Assembly: GCA_963762115.1 (NCBI GenBank)
Contig: CAVXJH010000003.1
Span: forward strand, 32,001 to 96,000
Direction: 5' to 3'
Length of the DNA: 64,000 nt
Origin: Candidatus Babeliales bacterium
GTDB taxonomy: Bacteria; Babelota; Babeliae; Babelales; JANWKD01
Shown here: one piece after another, positions 10,275 through 20,973 of the stretch
Position numbering within the stretch: position 1 is the first letter of the stretch
How the letters are laid out: every line of letters begins with the position of its first letter
Notes under the pieces: generated by a model
What the model was told of the DNA's origin: nothing
The model's input: the letters and a program-made list of their open reading frames with translations, nothing else
The model's database searches: none
Position numbers and translations under genes: made by a program

Positions 10275-11192
10275 TTAGAAACCTCGTTCAATGATTTTGG
10301 TTGGTGTATACATAAAAGTATCCATTAATTCTTTGTCTGCTAAGAATTTGGTAACATGCGGTGCATAGTGTGGATCTTGTAAAGCGCAGCCAATAATTGC
10401 TTTTATCCAACCAATAGGATTGCCGATATCATAACGAAGTCCTTGAACTTTATAGGCAAAAACCTTTTCGTTATTGTACATCATTTGGCTGATTGCATCG
10501 GTTAATTGTAGTTCGCCTTTTGCATCAGTTTCAATGGTATCAAGCGCGGCAAATACTTTATAAGAAAGGATATAGCGACCAACAAGGGCAAGGTTTGAAG
10601 GGGCATCTTTTTGATCTGGTTTTTCTAATAAATGTGATACTTGAAAAAGATTGGGAGTGATTTGTTTTTTGATCCCAATAATGCCATACGATGAAGTTTG
10701 GTCAAGCGGAACTTCTTGGACGGCGACAACACTGGCTTTTTCTTGTCGTGCAATTTTTATGAGTTGTGCCATTGCCGATTGTTTGCTGATAATAATTTCA
10801 TCGGGGAGTTGTACGCCAAAGTATTCTTTTCCTATGCAATGGCGGGCTAACCAAACGGCATGGCCAAGGCCAAGTGGTTCATTTTGTCGAATATAATTAA
10901 AGTTTGCTTCTCGGTTGATTTTTTTTATGCCATTGAGGGTTTCAAGAAGACCTCGTTCTTTAAGTAATAGTTCGAGTTCTAAATTAAAATCAAAATGATT
11001 TGCAATTGATTCTTTGTTTTTATTAACGATCATTAAATAATTATTAATGTTTGCTTCCAAAGCTTCTTCAATAATATATTGTATAGCAGGCTTATTGAGT
11101 AATGGAATCATTTCTTTAGGAACTGCTTTTGTGAAGGGGAGGAATCGTGTGCCCAAACCCGCAGCAGGAATAACTGTCTTGATGATATCCAC
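10275..11192 (-). CDS. galU: UTP--glucose-1-phosphate uridylyltransferase
   Basis: PAAGLGTRFLPFTKAVPKEM, PLGLGHAV, GELQLTDAI; GTG start behind AGGAG. Confidence 0.95.
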   Translation of the reverse strand: MDIIKTVIPAAGLGTRFLPFTKAVPKEMIPLLNKPAIQYIIEEALEANINNYLMIVNKNKESIANHFDFNLELELLLKERGLLETLNGIKKINREANFNYIRQNEPLGLGHAVWLARHCIGKEYFGVQLPDEIIISKQSAMAQLIKIARQEKASVVAVQEVPLDQTSSYGIIGIKKQITPNLFQVSHLLEKPDQKDAPSNLALVGRYILSYKVFAALDTIETDAKGELQLTDAISQMMYNNEKVFAYKVQGLRYDIGNPIGWIKAIIGCALQDPHYAPHVTKFLADKELMDTFMYTPTKIIERGF

Positions 11193-11224
11193 CGAAAACT
11201 CCTTTTTTCAAAAATTAATTTGTA

Positions 11225-12259
11225 TTAAAATTGCTTCAAAAATTCTAGTTTGCCTGATGAAAAAAGCCGAATATCATTGATATGATATTGTAGCATCGTT
11301 AAGCGATCGAGCCCAAAACCGAAAGCAAAACCTGAATATTTATTGGTGTCAATATTACTGCATCTTAGAACATCTGGATGTACAAGTCCAGCTCCTCCTA
11401 TTTCAATCCAACCAGTTCTTTTGCAGATTGAACAACCCTGTTTACAAAATGGGCATGAAACGTCTACTTCGATGCCTGGTTCAACAAAAGGAAAATAACT
11501 TGATCGTACACGAATTTCTAAATCTTCTTTTTCAAAAAACTTTCTAAAAAAAACTTTAATGGTGCCTAGTAAATGTGCTAATGATATGTTTTTATCAATT
11601 ACCAAAAGTTCAATTTGATTAAACATAAAATCATGAGTGGCATCTGTTGCTTCATGACGATATGCTCTTCCGGGCGCTATAACTGCTAAGGGAAGTTCGT
11701 TTTTTTCCATGGTATGAATTTGTACTGGTGAAGTGTGGGTACGCATCAATAATCCAGGGATATCAAGCCATAAAGTATCCCATTCATCACGAGCTGGATG
11801 ATCTTCAGGGATATTTAATGCTTCAAAATTATAGTATTCAGTTTCAACTTCAGGGCCATAGGCAATCGCATAACCCATTGAAATAAAAATGTCTTGAACT
11901 TTTTTATATATATATGAAAGAGGGTGTAGTGTTCCTTTGATTGCGTTGGTTTCATAGGCGGTTACATCGAAAAATTTTTGTTTGAGTATTTGTTGCTCAA
12001 CCATATATTTTTCAAGTTCTGCATTTTTGGCATCAAAAGTGTTTTGTACTTCTTGTTTTAGACTATTCATTGCAGGTCCGACGACTTTTTTTTCTTCCAA
12101 AGAAAGCTCTTTAAGGCGGGGCATTAATTGCGCAATGCTTCCTTGGCGGCCTAGAAAGGTAATTCTAAATTCCTCTAAAGCGTCGAGAGTGGTAATAGTT
12201 TTCAACGTTGAAAGGCATTGTTGTTTTAACTGATTTATTTCTTCTAATAATGGAGGCAT
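11225..12259 (-). CDS. pheS: Phenylalanine--tRNA ligase alpha subunit
   Basis: HPARD, LMRTHTSPVQ, YFPFVEP, GFAFGFGLDRL. Confidence 0.97.
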   Translation of the reverse strand: MPPLLEEINQLKQQCLSTLKTITTLDALEEFRITFLGRQGSIAQLMPRLKELSLEEKKVVGPAMNSLKQEVQNTFDAKNAELEKYMVEQQILKQKFFDVTAYETNAIKGTLHPLSYIYKKVQDIFISMGYAIAYGPEVETEYYNFEALNIPEDHPARDEWDTLWLDIPGLLMRTHTSPVQIHTMEKNELPLAVIAPGRAYRHEATDATHDFMFNQIELLVIDKNISLAHLLGTIKVFFRKFFEKEDLEIRVRSSYFPFVEPGIEVDVSCPFCKQGCSICKRTGWIEIGGAGLVHPDVLRCSNIDTNKYSGFAFGFGLDRLTMLQYHINDIRLFSSGKLEFLKQF

Positions 12260-12361
12260 GAAATGTACCTATTGTTTTAAGATGGTTACTTAATGCATTT
12301 ATCCTAACAAACAGAAGAAATATTGGCAAACTGGATTCACAACTTTTAGTCGATTATTATA

Positions 12362-12389
12362 TTGACAAAAATTGTTGGATCTGTACTCT
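12362..12389 (+). promoter_or_regulatory. Putative sigma70 promoter of tRNA-Phe
   Basis: TTGACA-N16-TACTCT about 30 nt upstream of the tRNA. Confidence 0.45.
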
Positions 12390-12420
12390 ACTTACATATA
12401 TTTCATTCGAATTATAGTAT

Positions 12421-12495
12421 GCCGAGGTAGCTCAGTGGTAGAGCATGTGCCTGAAGAGCACAGTGTCGGTGGTTCGATTCCACTCCTCGGCACCA
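12421..12495 (+). tRNA. tRNA-Phe(GAA)
   Basis: Acceptor GCCGAGG/CCTCGGC, anticodon loop CTGAAGA, T-loop GTTCGATTC, encoded CCA. Confidence 0.97.
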
Positions 12496-12530
12496 GCTTT
12501 CGCCAAGGCTTCAGCTGGCAGGCCATTTTC
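12496..12530. repeat. Left arm only of the tRNA-3'-associated structured element
   Basis: GCTTTCGCCAAGGCTTCAGCTGGCAGGCCATTTT, identical to the sequence after tRNA-Leu (from 36972). Confidence 0.9.
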
Positions 12531-12692
12531 CTTAAATTTCATCCCTATTCTCTCGTATTTTTCTCGATAAAACAAAAGCTTTAAAAACTATTGTTGTATT
12601 TGTATGTTTTTTTATTGTAAGGTATTTCTTACATCGCCCTCTAAGATATAAATGCAAAATAAAATAAAAAAAAACAAATATAAAGGAAAAAT

Positions 12693-13073
12693 ATGAAGAA
12701 AATAGTATTTTTTTTTATTATTGCAGCACCAATGATGAATAACGGTATGAAAATGAAAACGCCTCTTCGCAAGGCACATAGCGCGCCTTCTTTATTGCAA
12801 TATGGTCCATTGGTGAAACGTAAATTATCACATGAGCTTGATCCAGGGTCAGTAGCTTTGAGGATATTGTTATATGGAAGAAATTATATAAATGATCATG
12901 AATTAAATGTAGCGGCAAATCAGCTTCATTATTTGGCTGCAAAAGTGAATAATCGTCGTGATTTGCTTGAGGAAAGTAGTGCTTTTTGTTTTGTGGGTAG
13001 GATAGTGCAAGATAAAAAAAGAAAGTTGAATAAAAGAATAGCAATAGAAAAGAGTGAAAACTTGTCGACCTGA
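12693..13073 (+). CDS. Hypothetical protein with signal-like N-terminus
   Basis: AAAGGA SD; MKKIVFFFIIAA...NG-MK. Confidence 0.7.
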   Translation: MKKIVFFFIIAAPMMNNGMKMKTPLRKAHSAPSLLQYGPLVKRKLSHELDPGSVALRILLYGRNYINDHELNVAANQLHYLAAKVNNRRDLLEESSAFCFVGRIVQDKKRKLNKRIAIEKSENLST

Positions 13074-13138
13074 GATTGTAATGGTACGTTACTAAAGCAA
13101 ATGCTTGAAGCACTAAAAGATAAAAAAGGATTTTTGAA

Positions 13139-13792
13139 ATGAGGCAGCTTCCTTCCGATAAATATAATGTTGCATGGTTTAAATTAGCAGAATTCGTTGT
13201 GCGCGGCGAAAAAGAACGTGCGCTTGGTCTTTATCGATTGTTGGTGCATTCTTTTGATGATCGTGCTTTGGCATTTCAATTAGAAGGTGACCTGTTATTA
13301 TCTTTTAATGATGCGCCCGCGGCAAAGGAAAAATATTCTTGCGCGGCTGAAGCATATAAATTGGTTGGTCGCTTTATTGAAGCAGCGGCAGTTTATGAAC
13401 ATCTTCATACGTTATCACCAGATCAGGAAGAATTTTCTTATAATTTGTTAGCGCTTTATCAAGAACTTCATATTTCAATACGTTTTGCTATTACCCTTAA
13501 ACAATTATGTGAACTTTATTTAAAGAAAGATAAATTTGATCAGGTTATAGTGCTTCTTGAAAAGCATGAGCTGTTGCTTGAGATGAGTCAAAAAGCGGCT
13601 ATTTATAGTCTCATAACGCTTGATTTGGTCAAAAAACAGAAAAATTCTGAGCAAATAGATACTTTTTTATCGAAAGCAGTTGATTTTCTTATGCTTAGTG
13701 CAGATGCGCAACAGTTGCCAGCTTTTTTAATGAAGCTTGATGCTCTTGATGTTAATTATTATAAAAAAGCTTTGCAATTCATTAAAGAATAA
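13139..13792 (+). CDS. TPR-like helical repeat protein
   Basis: Helical pattern LEGDLLL..AAEAYKLVGRFIEAAAVYEHL. Confidence 0.75.
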   Translation: MRQLPSDKYNVAWFKLAEFVVRGEKERALGLYRLLVHSFDDRALAFQLEGDLLLSFNDAPAAKEKYSCAAEAYKLVGRFIEAAAVYEHLHTLSPDQEEFSYNLLALYQELHISIRFAITLKQLCELYLKKDKFDQVIVLLEKHELLLEMSQKAAIYSLITLDLVKKQKNSEQIDTFLSKAVDFLMLSADAQQLPAFLMKLDALDVNYYKKALQFIKE

Positions 13793-13796
13793 CAGA

Positions 13797-16700
13797 TCAT
13801 AACGTAAGTTTTATGCTAATATTTGCTTCTTGCATTGCTTGAATGAAAGCGGGAGAAACGTTAATTGTTTTTTGGGTAAAAAGTTGTAGTTGCTTATTGT
13901 TATCATGAAAAATAAAATGTAATCGCGTTGTTCCTTTTTCTAACTTTTGTTGTATGTTTTGCAAGAACGCTTGATCAAGAGTAGTTGGTAAATGCAATGT
14001 TACAATTTCCGGTGTTGGCCCTTTTTCAAATAATAGTTCAACGGGTACTAAGTGATTAGCTTTTATTTTGCATTTTTGTGTTGCATTGATATCAAGAGTG
14101 CCTTTGACAATAAAAACACTATGTGAGGTAAGAAATTGTTCAACAATAGTGAATAATTTAGGGAATACAATAATTTCTGCCGATGATTCACCATCTTCTA
14201 GTTGTACAAACGCCATTTTATCACCTTTTTTTGTGACAATAACCTTGCTACTTTTAAGTAGTCCGCAGCTGGTTATTATGGGTTCATTTTCTGGTGAAGC
14301 ATTCGTTGCCTTGGTAAGTGCTTGCGCAAAAGAACATAAATTAAGCAATGATAATGTTGTTTTATAGGTATCTAAAGGATGTGCGCTGATGAAGAACCCT
14401 AATACTTCTTTTTCTTTTTCTAATTTTGTTTTGTTATCCCATTCAATGCGTGGTGAAAAGTGGTAGCCTTGCTCAGCTTCTGTATCATTGTTTTCATGAG
14501 CAAAACCAAAAAGATCCATTTGTCCTGTTTGTAATGCTTTTTTCTTTGCAAGAGCATATTCTAATATTTTGGGTAATTCTTCGAACTTTTGTGCGCGATT
14601 GCCAGGCATATCATCAAATGCGCCCGCACAAATTAAATTTTCAATGACGCGTTTATTTGAGGTGCGCAAATCAATGCGTGTGCAAAAATCAAGCAAATCA
14701 ACAAAAGGCTTTTTAGCGCGTTCTTGGATAATATTTTCAAGAGAAATCATACCAATATTTTTTATACCCTTAAGGCCAAATCGTATTGAATGTTCATTTT
14801 CAACAGCAAAATCTATTTTTGATTGATGAATGGCGGGTGGTAAAATAGTAAGATTCATATCCTTTGCTTCTTGCAAATAGAATGACATACTCTCAGTGTT
14901 GGTGGCTTCTAGAGATATTAGGCATGCCATGAATTCTGCAGGAAAATTTGCTTTTAAATATGCCGTTTGATAAGCAATTAATGCATACGCAGCCGAGTGT
15001 GATTTATTAAATCCATAACCAGCAAAATAGGCCATGAGATCAAATAATTCTCCGGCTTTTTTTGCATCGAAATTTCGTGCGATTGATTTTTCTAAGAAAA
15101 TTGCTCGTTGCTCAGCCATTACTTCAGCTTTTTTCTTACCCATTGCGCGTCGTAAAATATCTGCTTCGCCCAGACTATAACCGCCAATAGTGGAAGCAAT
15201 TTTCATCACTTGTTCTTGATAGACAATGACGCCATATGTTTCTTGTAAGACAGGAACAAGTTCAGGGAAGCTATACATAATTTTTTGCCGGCCGTGTTTT
15301 CGTTCAATGAAATCATCGACCATGCCTGAGCCTAATGGGCCTGGACGATACAAGGCGTTGACGGCAATAATATCTTCAAATTTTTCCGGTTGTAGTTTGC
15401 GTAAAACGTCTTTTAATCCTTCAGATTCTAGCTGAAAGACGCCGGACGTTTTTCCTTGGCAAAGTAGGGTAAATGTTTTTGCATCATCAAGGGGGAGTTT
15501 GTCTAAATTTATGCTGACGCCATGATTTTCTTTGATAAGTTTGAGCGCACGATCAATGAGGGTGAGGTTTTTTAAGCCGAGTAAGTCGATTTTTAAAAAG
15601 CCGAGTGTTTCAAGTTCAGTCATGGCATATTGTGTGACCAATTCTGTACTTTTTGAGGGCACATAAACAGGTAAAACTTCATCAATAGGTTCTGGTGAAA
15701 TAACAATACCAGCAGCATGTTTTGAAGCGTGCCGCGTTAACCCTTCAAGCCTGAAAGCAATATCAAAAAGCTTTGCAACCTTTGGATTATTCTCAGCAAG
15801 TTCTTTTAATTTTGGTTCTTGTTCGAGCGCTTCTTTTAAGGTGATTTTTAATTGTTCAGGTATTAATGCAGACAATGCATTAGAGTCTTCAAAGGGCATG
15901 CCTAAAACACGCGCAACATCCTTGAGTACGCCTTTTGCCATCATGGTGCCGAAGGTGATGATTTGTCCTACTTTTTCATGGCCATATTTATCGCGAACAT
16001 AATTGATAACTGCTTCGCGGCCTTCAATACAAAAATCGATATCGATATCAGGCATGCTGATGCGTTCAGGATTTAAAAAACGTTCAAAGAGAAGATTATA
16101 TTTGAGAGGGTCTATGTTGGTAATTTGCAATGCCCAAGCAACTAATGAACCTGCTGCTGAACCGCGACCGGGTCCTACAGGAATACCATTTTTTTTGGAC
16201 CATTGAATAAAATCACCAACTATTAAAAAATAACCAACAAAGCCCATTTTTATAATAAGATCAATTTCTAGATTGAGACGTTCCCAATACTCTGAAGCCT
16301 TTTCAGATTCAATAATTTCATTTGCAATAAGGGCGTTCAGTCCTTTGTTACACAGCTCAGTAAAAAAAGTTTCGGCTGTGTGTTCTTGTGGTATTTCAAA
16401 TTTTGGAAAAAAGAGATTGCCAGTAGCAAAATCGAAGTTACACATATCGGCAATAACGCCACTATTCCAGATTGCTTCGGGATGTTCGGGGAATAATGCT
16501 AACATTTGTTCAGTTGTGCGTACGTGTACACGACAATCGCCAAAGGTAAAACGATCAGGATCGGTAATTTTGTGTTGCGTTTGAATTGAGAGCATGACTT
16601 CGTGTGCTTCGCGATCTTCAGCAGTTAAATAATGACAATCGCCAGCAGCAATCAACTGAACGTTTTTGCGCTCAGCCCAACTATATAACATTGTATTAAG

Positions 16701-17249
16701 TTTAATTTGGTCGGGTTGATCTTCTGGTTGAATTTCAAAATAAAAACGATCTGGACCAAAATGTTCCAAGAACCAATCAATGCGTTTTTCTGCTTCTTCA
16801 AGTTGATTATTCATGAGTAGTGTTGGAATGTGACCACCTAAACATGCTGAAGTGACAATGAGGCCTTCGCTGTGTTGAGCTAGAATGTTATAATCAATGC
16901 GTGGCTTAAAATAAAAGCCTTTTTGAAAAGAAAATGAAATGAGTTTGCAAAGATTTTTATAACCAATTTCATTTTGTACCAACAAAATGAGGTGATAATA
17001 TTTTTTATCAACGGTTTTAATGGTAACATCTTCGGTAAAATATGCTTCCATGCCTAAAATGGGTTTTATGCCAGCTTTTTTACATTTTTGGAAAAATTTT
17101 ACTGCACCAAAAATATTACCATGATCGGTCATGGCGAGTGCTTTGAAGTTGTGCGTTTTTGCAAAATTGACCAATTTATCAATTTGTATGGCGCCATCAA
17201 GCAATGAAAATTCGGTATGTAAATGTAAATGCGTAAAGTGTTGTGACAT
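13797..17249 (-). CDS. dnaE: DNA polymerase III alpha subunit
   Basis: HLHLHTEFSLLDGA PHP domain, GPGRGSAAGS, PDIDIDF, YGFNKSH, C-terminal OB fold. Confidence 0.98.
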   Translation of the reverse strand: MSQHFTHLHLHTEFSLLDGAIQIDKLVNFAKTHNFKALAMTDHGNIFGAVKFFQKCKKAGIKPILGMEAYFTEDVTIKTVDKKYYHLILLVQNEIGYKNLCKLISFSFQKGFYFKPRIDYNILAQHSEGLIVTSACLGGHIPTLLMNNQLEEAEKRIDWFLEHFGPDRFYFEIQPEDQPDQIKLNTMLYSWAERKNVQLIAAGDCHYLTAEDREAHEVMLSIQTQHKITDPDRFTFGDCRVHVRTTEQMLALFPEHPEAIWNSGVIADMCNFDFATGNLFFPKFEIPQEHTAETFFTELCNKGLNALIANEIIESEKASEYWERLNLEIDLIIKMGFVGYFLIVGDFIQWSKKNGIPVGPGRGSAAGSLVAWALQITNIDPLKYNLLFERFLNPERISMPDIDIDFCIEGREAVINYVRDKYGHEKVGQIITFGTMMAKGVLKDVARVLGMPFEDSNALSALIPEQLKITLKEALEQEPKLKELAENNPKVAKLFDIAFRLEGLTRHASKHAAGIVISPEPIDEVLPVYVPSKSTELVTQYAMTELETLGFLKIDLLGLKNLTLIDRALKLIKENHGVSINLDKLPLDDAKTFTLLCQGKTSGVFQLESEGLKDVLRKLQPEKFEDIIAVNALYRPGPLGSGMVDDFIERKHGRQKIMYSFPELVPVLQETYGVIVYQEQVMKIASTIGGYSLGEADILRRAMGKKKAEVMAEQRAIFLEKSIARNFDAKKAGELFDLMAYFAGYGFNKSHSAAYALIAYQTAYLKANFPAEFMACLISLEATNTESMSFYLQEAKDMNLTILPPAIHQSKIDFAVENEHSIRFGLKGIKNIGMISLENIIQERAKKPFVDLLDFCTRIDLRTSNKRVIENLICAGAFDDMPGNRAQKFEELPKILEYALAKKKALQTGQMDLFGFAHENNDTEAEQGYHFSPRIEWDNKTKLEKEKEVLGFFISAHPLDTYKTTLSLLNLCSFAQALTKATNASPENEPIITSCGLLKSSKVIVTKKGDKMAFVQLEDGESSAEIIVFPKLFTIVEQFLTSHSVFIVKGTLDINATQKCKIKANHLVPVELLFEKGPTPEIVTLHLPTTLDQAFLQNIQQKLEKGTTRLHFIFHDNNKQLQLFTQKTINVSPAFIQAMQEANISIKLTL

Positions 17250-17452
17250 AAAATTTATAGTGCCGTGTAAAAAAATGGAATAGTGAAAGCTTTTTTAGTG
17301 TACTATAAAACAAAAAAAAGCTGAACTAGGAATCCGGAATAATATGCATGAAGCATGAGTTTTTAAACAATAAAATTAATAATGTATTGCAAAATAACGC
17401 AACATCATGGACAATCGAAAAATATATAAAACAGTTTTAAAGGAAGAAAAGC

Positions 17453-18862
17453 ATGATTGCAGATACCGTTTTTAAACAATATGATTTGCGGGGCATTATT
17501 GGTTCTGATTTTCCCTTGGAAGATGTATATGATCTGGGTAAAGCAATAGCTTCATATTTGGTGCATCATGGTCATGGTGTAAAAACGGTTGCAATTGGTG
17601 CAGATGGCAGAATTCATTCCCCTTATATAAAAGAAAAATTATGTGCTGCGTTACAAGATTCAGGATTGAATGTTCTTTTTATTGGCGTTTGTCCAACGCC
17701 GGTTCTCTATTTTTCACTTTTTACTCAACCAGTGCAAGCGGGATTAATGATCACCGCTTCGCATAATGGCAAAGAATATAACGGTATAAAAATTTGTATG
17801 CATAAAGAATCGGTGTGGGGCGATGCAATTCAAGAGATCAAAAAATTATATCACCATCACGCATCGATCAATGACAAAGAGCTGGGTTCTTATGCGGAAC
17901 ATTTCTTAATACCTGACTATATTGTGTGGTTAAAAGAACATTTCAAGCATTTAATTGGGGAGAAGATTTCTGCCGTGATTGATTGTGGTAACGGAGCAGC
18001 CGGCACTGTTTTGCCATCATTAATTAAAGCAATGCAATGGCCAAATGTATATCTGCTTTTTCCAGAAGTTGATGGAAATTATCCCAATCATGAAGCAGAT
18101 CCTACCGTGCCTGAAAATATGAAAGAAGTGAAACATATTCTATTAACCACTAAGGTGCAGCTTGGTATTGGGCTTGACGGCGATTGTGATAGAATGGCTC
18201 CGATGACAAAGCAGGGAGAATTAGTGCAAGGTGATAAATTATTAGCACTTTTTGCGCAAGAAATAGTAAAAAGTCATCCGCATATGCCGGTTGTTTTTGA
18301 TATAAAATGTTCTTCAGGGTTATCGGAATTATTAACCTTGTGGGGTGCGCAATCTATTATGTCGCCTTCGGGTCATTCAATTATTAAAAATAAAATGAAG
18401 CAGCATGATGCGCTTTTGGCAGGTGAATTAAGTTGCCATTTTTTCTTTAAAGATCGTTATTTTGGGTATGATGATGGTATATATTCCATGATGCGTTTAT
18501 TTGAGTTGTTGGTTAATTCGGGTAAATCTTTGCATGATTTATTGGCTGTCTTTCCCAAAAAATATAGTACTTCAGAAATTCGCATTACTTGTTCTGATGA
18601 AAAAAAATTGCATATTGTTGAGGCCGTTAAAAAATCTTTTGAGGAAATGAAAGATATTGAGGTGATGACGATCGATGGAATTCGTGTTATTATGCAACAT
18701 GGGTGGGGAATGTTACGTCCTTCTAATACGCAGCCGGTACTCTGTTTGCGATTCGAAGCTGATTCTCAAGAAGCTCTGCATGACATAAAAAAAGTTTTTT
18801 TAACCCAATTACAGCCTTATTTTGCTACAACCATTTTAGAAGTCATACAAATAGCACCATGA
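17453..18862 (+). CDS. Phosphomannomutase/phosphoglucomutase
   Basis: ITASHN phosphoserine motif, DGDCDR, GELSCH, RPSNTQP. Confidence 0.95.
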   Translation: MIADTVFKQYDLRGIIGSDFPLEDVYDLGKAIASYLVHHGHGVKTVAIGADGRIHSPYIKEKLCAALQDSGLNVLFIGVCPTPVLYFSLFTQPVQAGLMITASHNGKEYNGIKICMHKESVWGDAIQEIKKLYHHHASINDKELGSYAEHFLIPDYIVWLKEHFKHLIGEKISAVIDCGNGAAGTVLPSLIKAMQWPNVYLLFPEVDGNYPNHEADPTVPENMKEVKHILLTTKVQLGIGLDGDCDRMAPMTKQGELVQGDKLLALFAQEIVKSHPHMPVVFDIKCSSGLSELLTLWGAQSIMSPSGHSIIKNKMKQHDALLAGELSCHFFFKDRYFGYDDGIYSMMRLFELLVNSGKSLHDLLAVFPKKYSTSEIRITCSDEKKLHIVEAVKKSFEEMKDIEVMTIDGIRVIMQHGWGMLRPSNTQPVLCLRFEADSQEALHDIKKVFLTQLQPYFATTILEVIQIAP

Positions 18863-19686
18863 AGAAGATAGGATTACATTTACGTCTTGCGACTAATTTT
18901 ATTGATTTAATTCATCAAGCGCTACGCTTAAATATGTCGTTTTTTCAGTGTTTTTTATTAGATCCAAAAAAAAATAATAAAGCTGATACTATGATGCTTG
19001 ATGAGCGAAAAGCATGTAAAAAGTTGTTGCAGCTTCACCAAGTAAAAGGGTATGTGCATGCATCATATGCCATTAATCTTGCAAGCGGTGTTAGTAATGC
19101 GGGTCTTCATTTTTTAAAAAAAGAGCTGCTTATGGCAAAACAATGTGGCTTTTCAGAAATTGTTTTGCATCCTGGCTCTGCAACAGGATGCGCTGATCGC
19201 TTACAAGGAATTGATAATCTTGTACGGCGTTTGAATATGCTTCTTAAAAATGAAAAATCCATAAAAATAATTCTTGAAAATGCTGCATTTGGTGCTAATT
19301 CGATTGGTGGAGACTTGCAAGATTTCAAACTTGTTCGTTCAAAACTTGACCAACCTGAAAAGGTTGGTTTTTGCATTGATACGGCACATGCCTATGCGTA
19401 TGGTTATGACATTGCCGATGAACAGGAACAGGAATTGTTTATTGATCTTATTGGGCAAACGATAGGTTTTGATGCTCTTTCATTAATTCATTTAAATGAT
19501 ACCAAGGAATTATTGAGTAGTAAGCGAGATCGTCATGATATAATTGGTAATGGCGTGATAGGGGCACATTATTTGAAGCGTTTTATGCATCATGAAAAAT
19601 TGGCATCAATTCCTGTGCTGCTTGAATTACCTTCTTTGCCTGAAGATGAACAAAAAGCTATACTTCATACCGTTAATTCTTGGTAA
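18859..19686 (+). CDS. nfo: Endonuclease IV (AP endonuclease 2)
   Basis: VHASYAINLAS, LHPGS, ILEN, CIDTAH, HLND, DRH. Confidence 0.93.
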   Translation: MKKIGLHLRLATNFIDLIHQALRLNMSFFQCFLLDPKKNNKADTMMLDERKACKKLLQLHQVKGYVHASYAINLASGVSNAGLHFLKKELLMAKQCGFSEIVLHPGSATGCADRLQGIDNLVRRLNMLLKNEKSIKIILENAAFGANSIGGDLQDFKLVRSKLDQPEKVGFCIDTAHAYAYGYDIADEQEQELFIDLIGQTIGFDALSLIHLNDTKELLSSKRDRHDIIGNGVIGAHYLKRFMHHEKLASIPVLLELPSLPEDEQKAILHTVNSW

Positions 19687-19707
19687 CAAAAGAACTATAA
19701 AATAAGG

Positions 19708-20712
19708 ATGCGTATGCGTATTGCAATAAATGGTTTTGGGCGAATTGGCAAAAATTTTTTAAGAACAATTTTGCAAGATAAACAAGCATTAAAAAAAATT
19801 GAAGTAGCTGCCATTAACATTGGCCCGGCTGATAAAAAGCTTGTGGCCCATCAACTCAAATATGACACACTCATGGGCACTTATTCGGGAAAGGTTGCTC
19901 TAGAGGGCGATTATTTGATGGTAGATTCATTAAAAATTCTTATTTTAGCTGAGGCTAACGCCGAACTATTGCCTTGGAAAAAACTTGGTATTGATTGGGT
20001 GGTTGATTGCTCAGGGCATTATACAAAGCGCGAAAAAGCTGCACAGCACTTGAAATCCGGTGCACAAAAAGTACTTATCTCAGCGCCAGCTCACGGTGAT
20101 GATGTGACTATTATTCCTGGGGTAAATGGTGGTTCTTATGATGCTGCAAAACATGCAATTGTTTCTTTGGGTAGTTGTACCACCAATGCTTTCTTGCCAA
20201 TGCTCAAGGTGTTAGATGATGCAGTTGGTCTCAAAAAAATATTTATGACAACAACGCATGCTTATACAAATACTCAAGTATTACTTGATGTTGATATTGG
20301 CGATGCTCGTCGTTCACGTGCTGCTGCACTTAATATTGTGCCTTCTACAACCGGTGCAACGTCAACCGTTGGCAAGGTGTTACCTCATTTGGCTGACATT
20401 GTACAAGGCATGTCAGTTCGTGTTCCGGTGGCAAAAGTTTCGTTACTTGATATAACTTTTGAAGCAAAAAAAGAAGTTTCTGTTGATTTGCTTAATAAAG
20501 CTTTTGAGCAAACTGCATCGACAACAATGCGCGGCATTTTGACAACAACTAAAGAAGAATTAGTTTCTTCTGATTTTGGCGGTAATCCGCATTCAGTTAT
20601 TGTTGATGAAACATTAACGCAAGCAATGGGCACCATGGGAAAAGTTTTTGGGTGGTATGATAATGAATGGGGTTATAGTGAACGCATGAAGGATTTTTTG
20701 TTGATGTTATAA
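19708..20712 (+). CDS. gap: Type I glyceraldehyde-3-phosphate dehydrogenase
   Basis: INGFGRIG, GSCTTN, WYDNEWGYS. Confidence 0.95.
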   Translation: MRMRIAINGFGRIGKNFLRTILQDKQALKKIEVAAINIGPADKKLVAHQLKYDTLMGTYSGKVALEGDYLMVDSLKILILAEANAELLPWKKLGIDWVVDCSGHYTKREKAAQHLKSGAQKVLISAPAHGDDVTIIPGVNGGSYDAAKHAIVSLGSCTTNAFLPMLKVLDDAVGLKKIFMTTTHAYTNTQVLLDVDIGDARRSRAAALNIVPSTTGATSTVGKVLPHLADIVQGMSVRVPVAKVSLLDITFEAKKEVSVDLLNKAFEQTASTTMRGILTTTKEELVSSDFGGNPHSVIVDETLTQAMGTMGKVFGWYDNEWGYSERMKDFLLML

Positions 20713-20865
20713 AGTAATCGTCGCTTTTTTAGAGAAGCAGTTTATTTTTTTAATGCCATGTACAACAAAATCACACAATCTACTTCACAACTGTCCTTTT
20801 TTGCTTTAATCTATAAACGTGATTTTTTTGAATGTCCTTTCTGATTATAGACACTAAAAAATCGT

Positions 20866-20942
20866 GGGCCCATAGCTCAGTCGGTTAGAGCAGTCGGCTC
20901 ATAACCGAAAGGTCCCTGGTTCGAGTCCAGGTGGGCCCACCA
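20866..20942 (+). tRNA. tRNA with CAT anticodon, probably tRNA-Ile2 (lysidine)
   Basis: Acceptor GGGCCCA/TGGGCCC, loop CTCATAA, CCA end; body resembles Ile2 rather than Met tRNAs. Confidence 0.88.
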
Positions 20943-20973
20943 GCTTTCATTTTTAGCAACAGAAAGGCTTGTA

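Noticed and set aside
13797..17249. Intein or split in dnaE
   Set aside because: Length and motif order fit an uninterrupted DnaE
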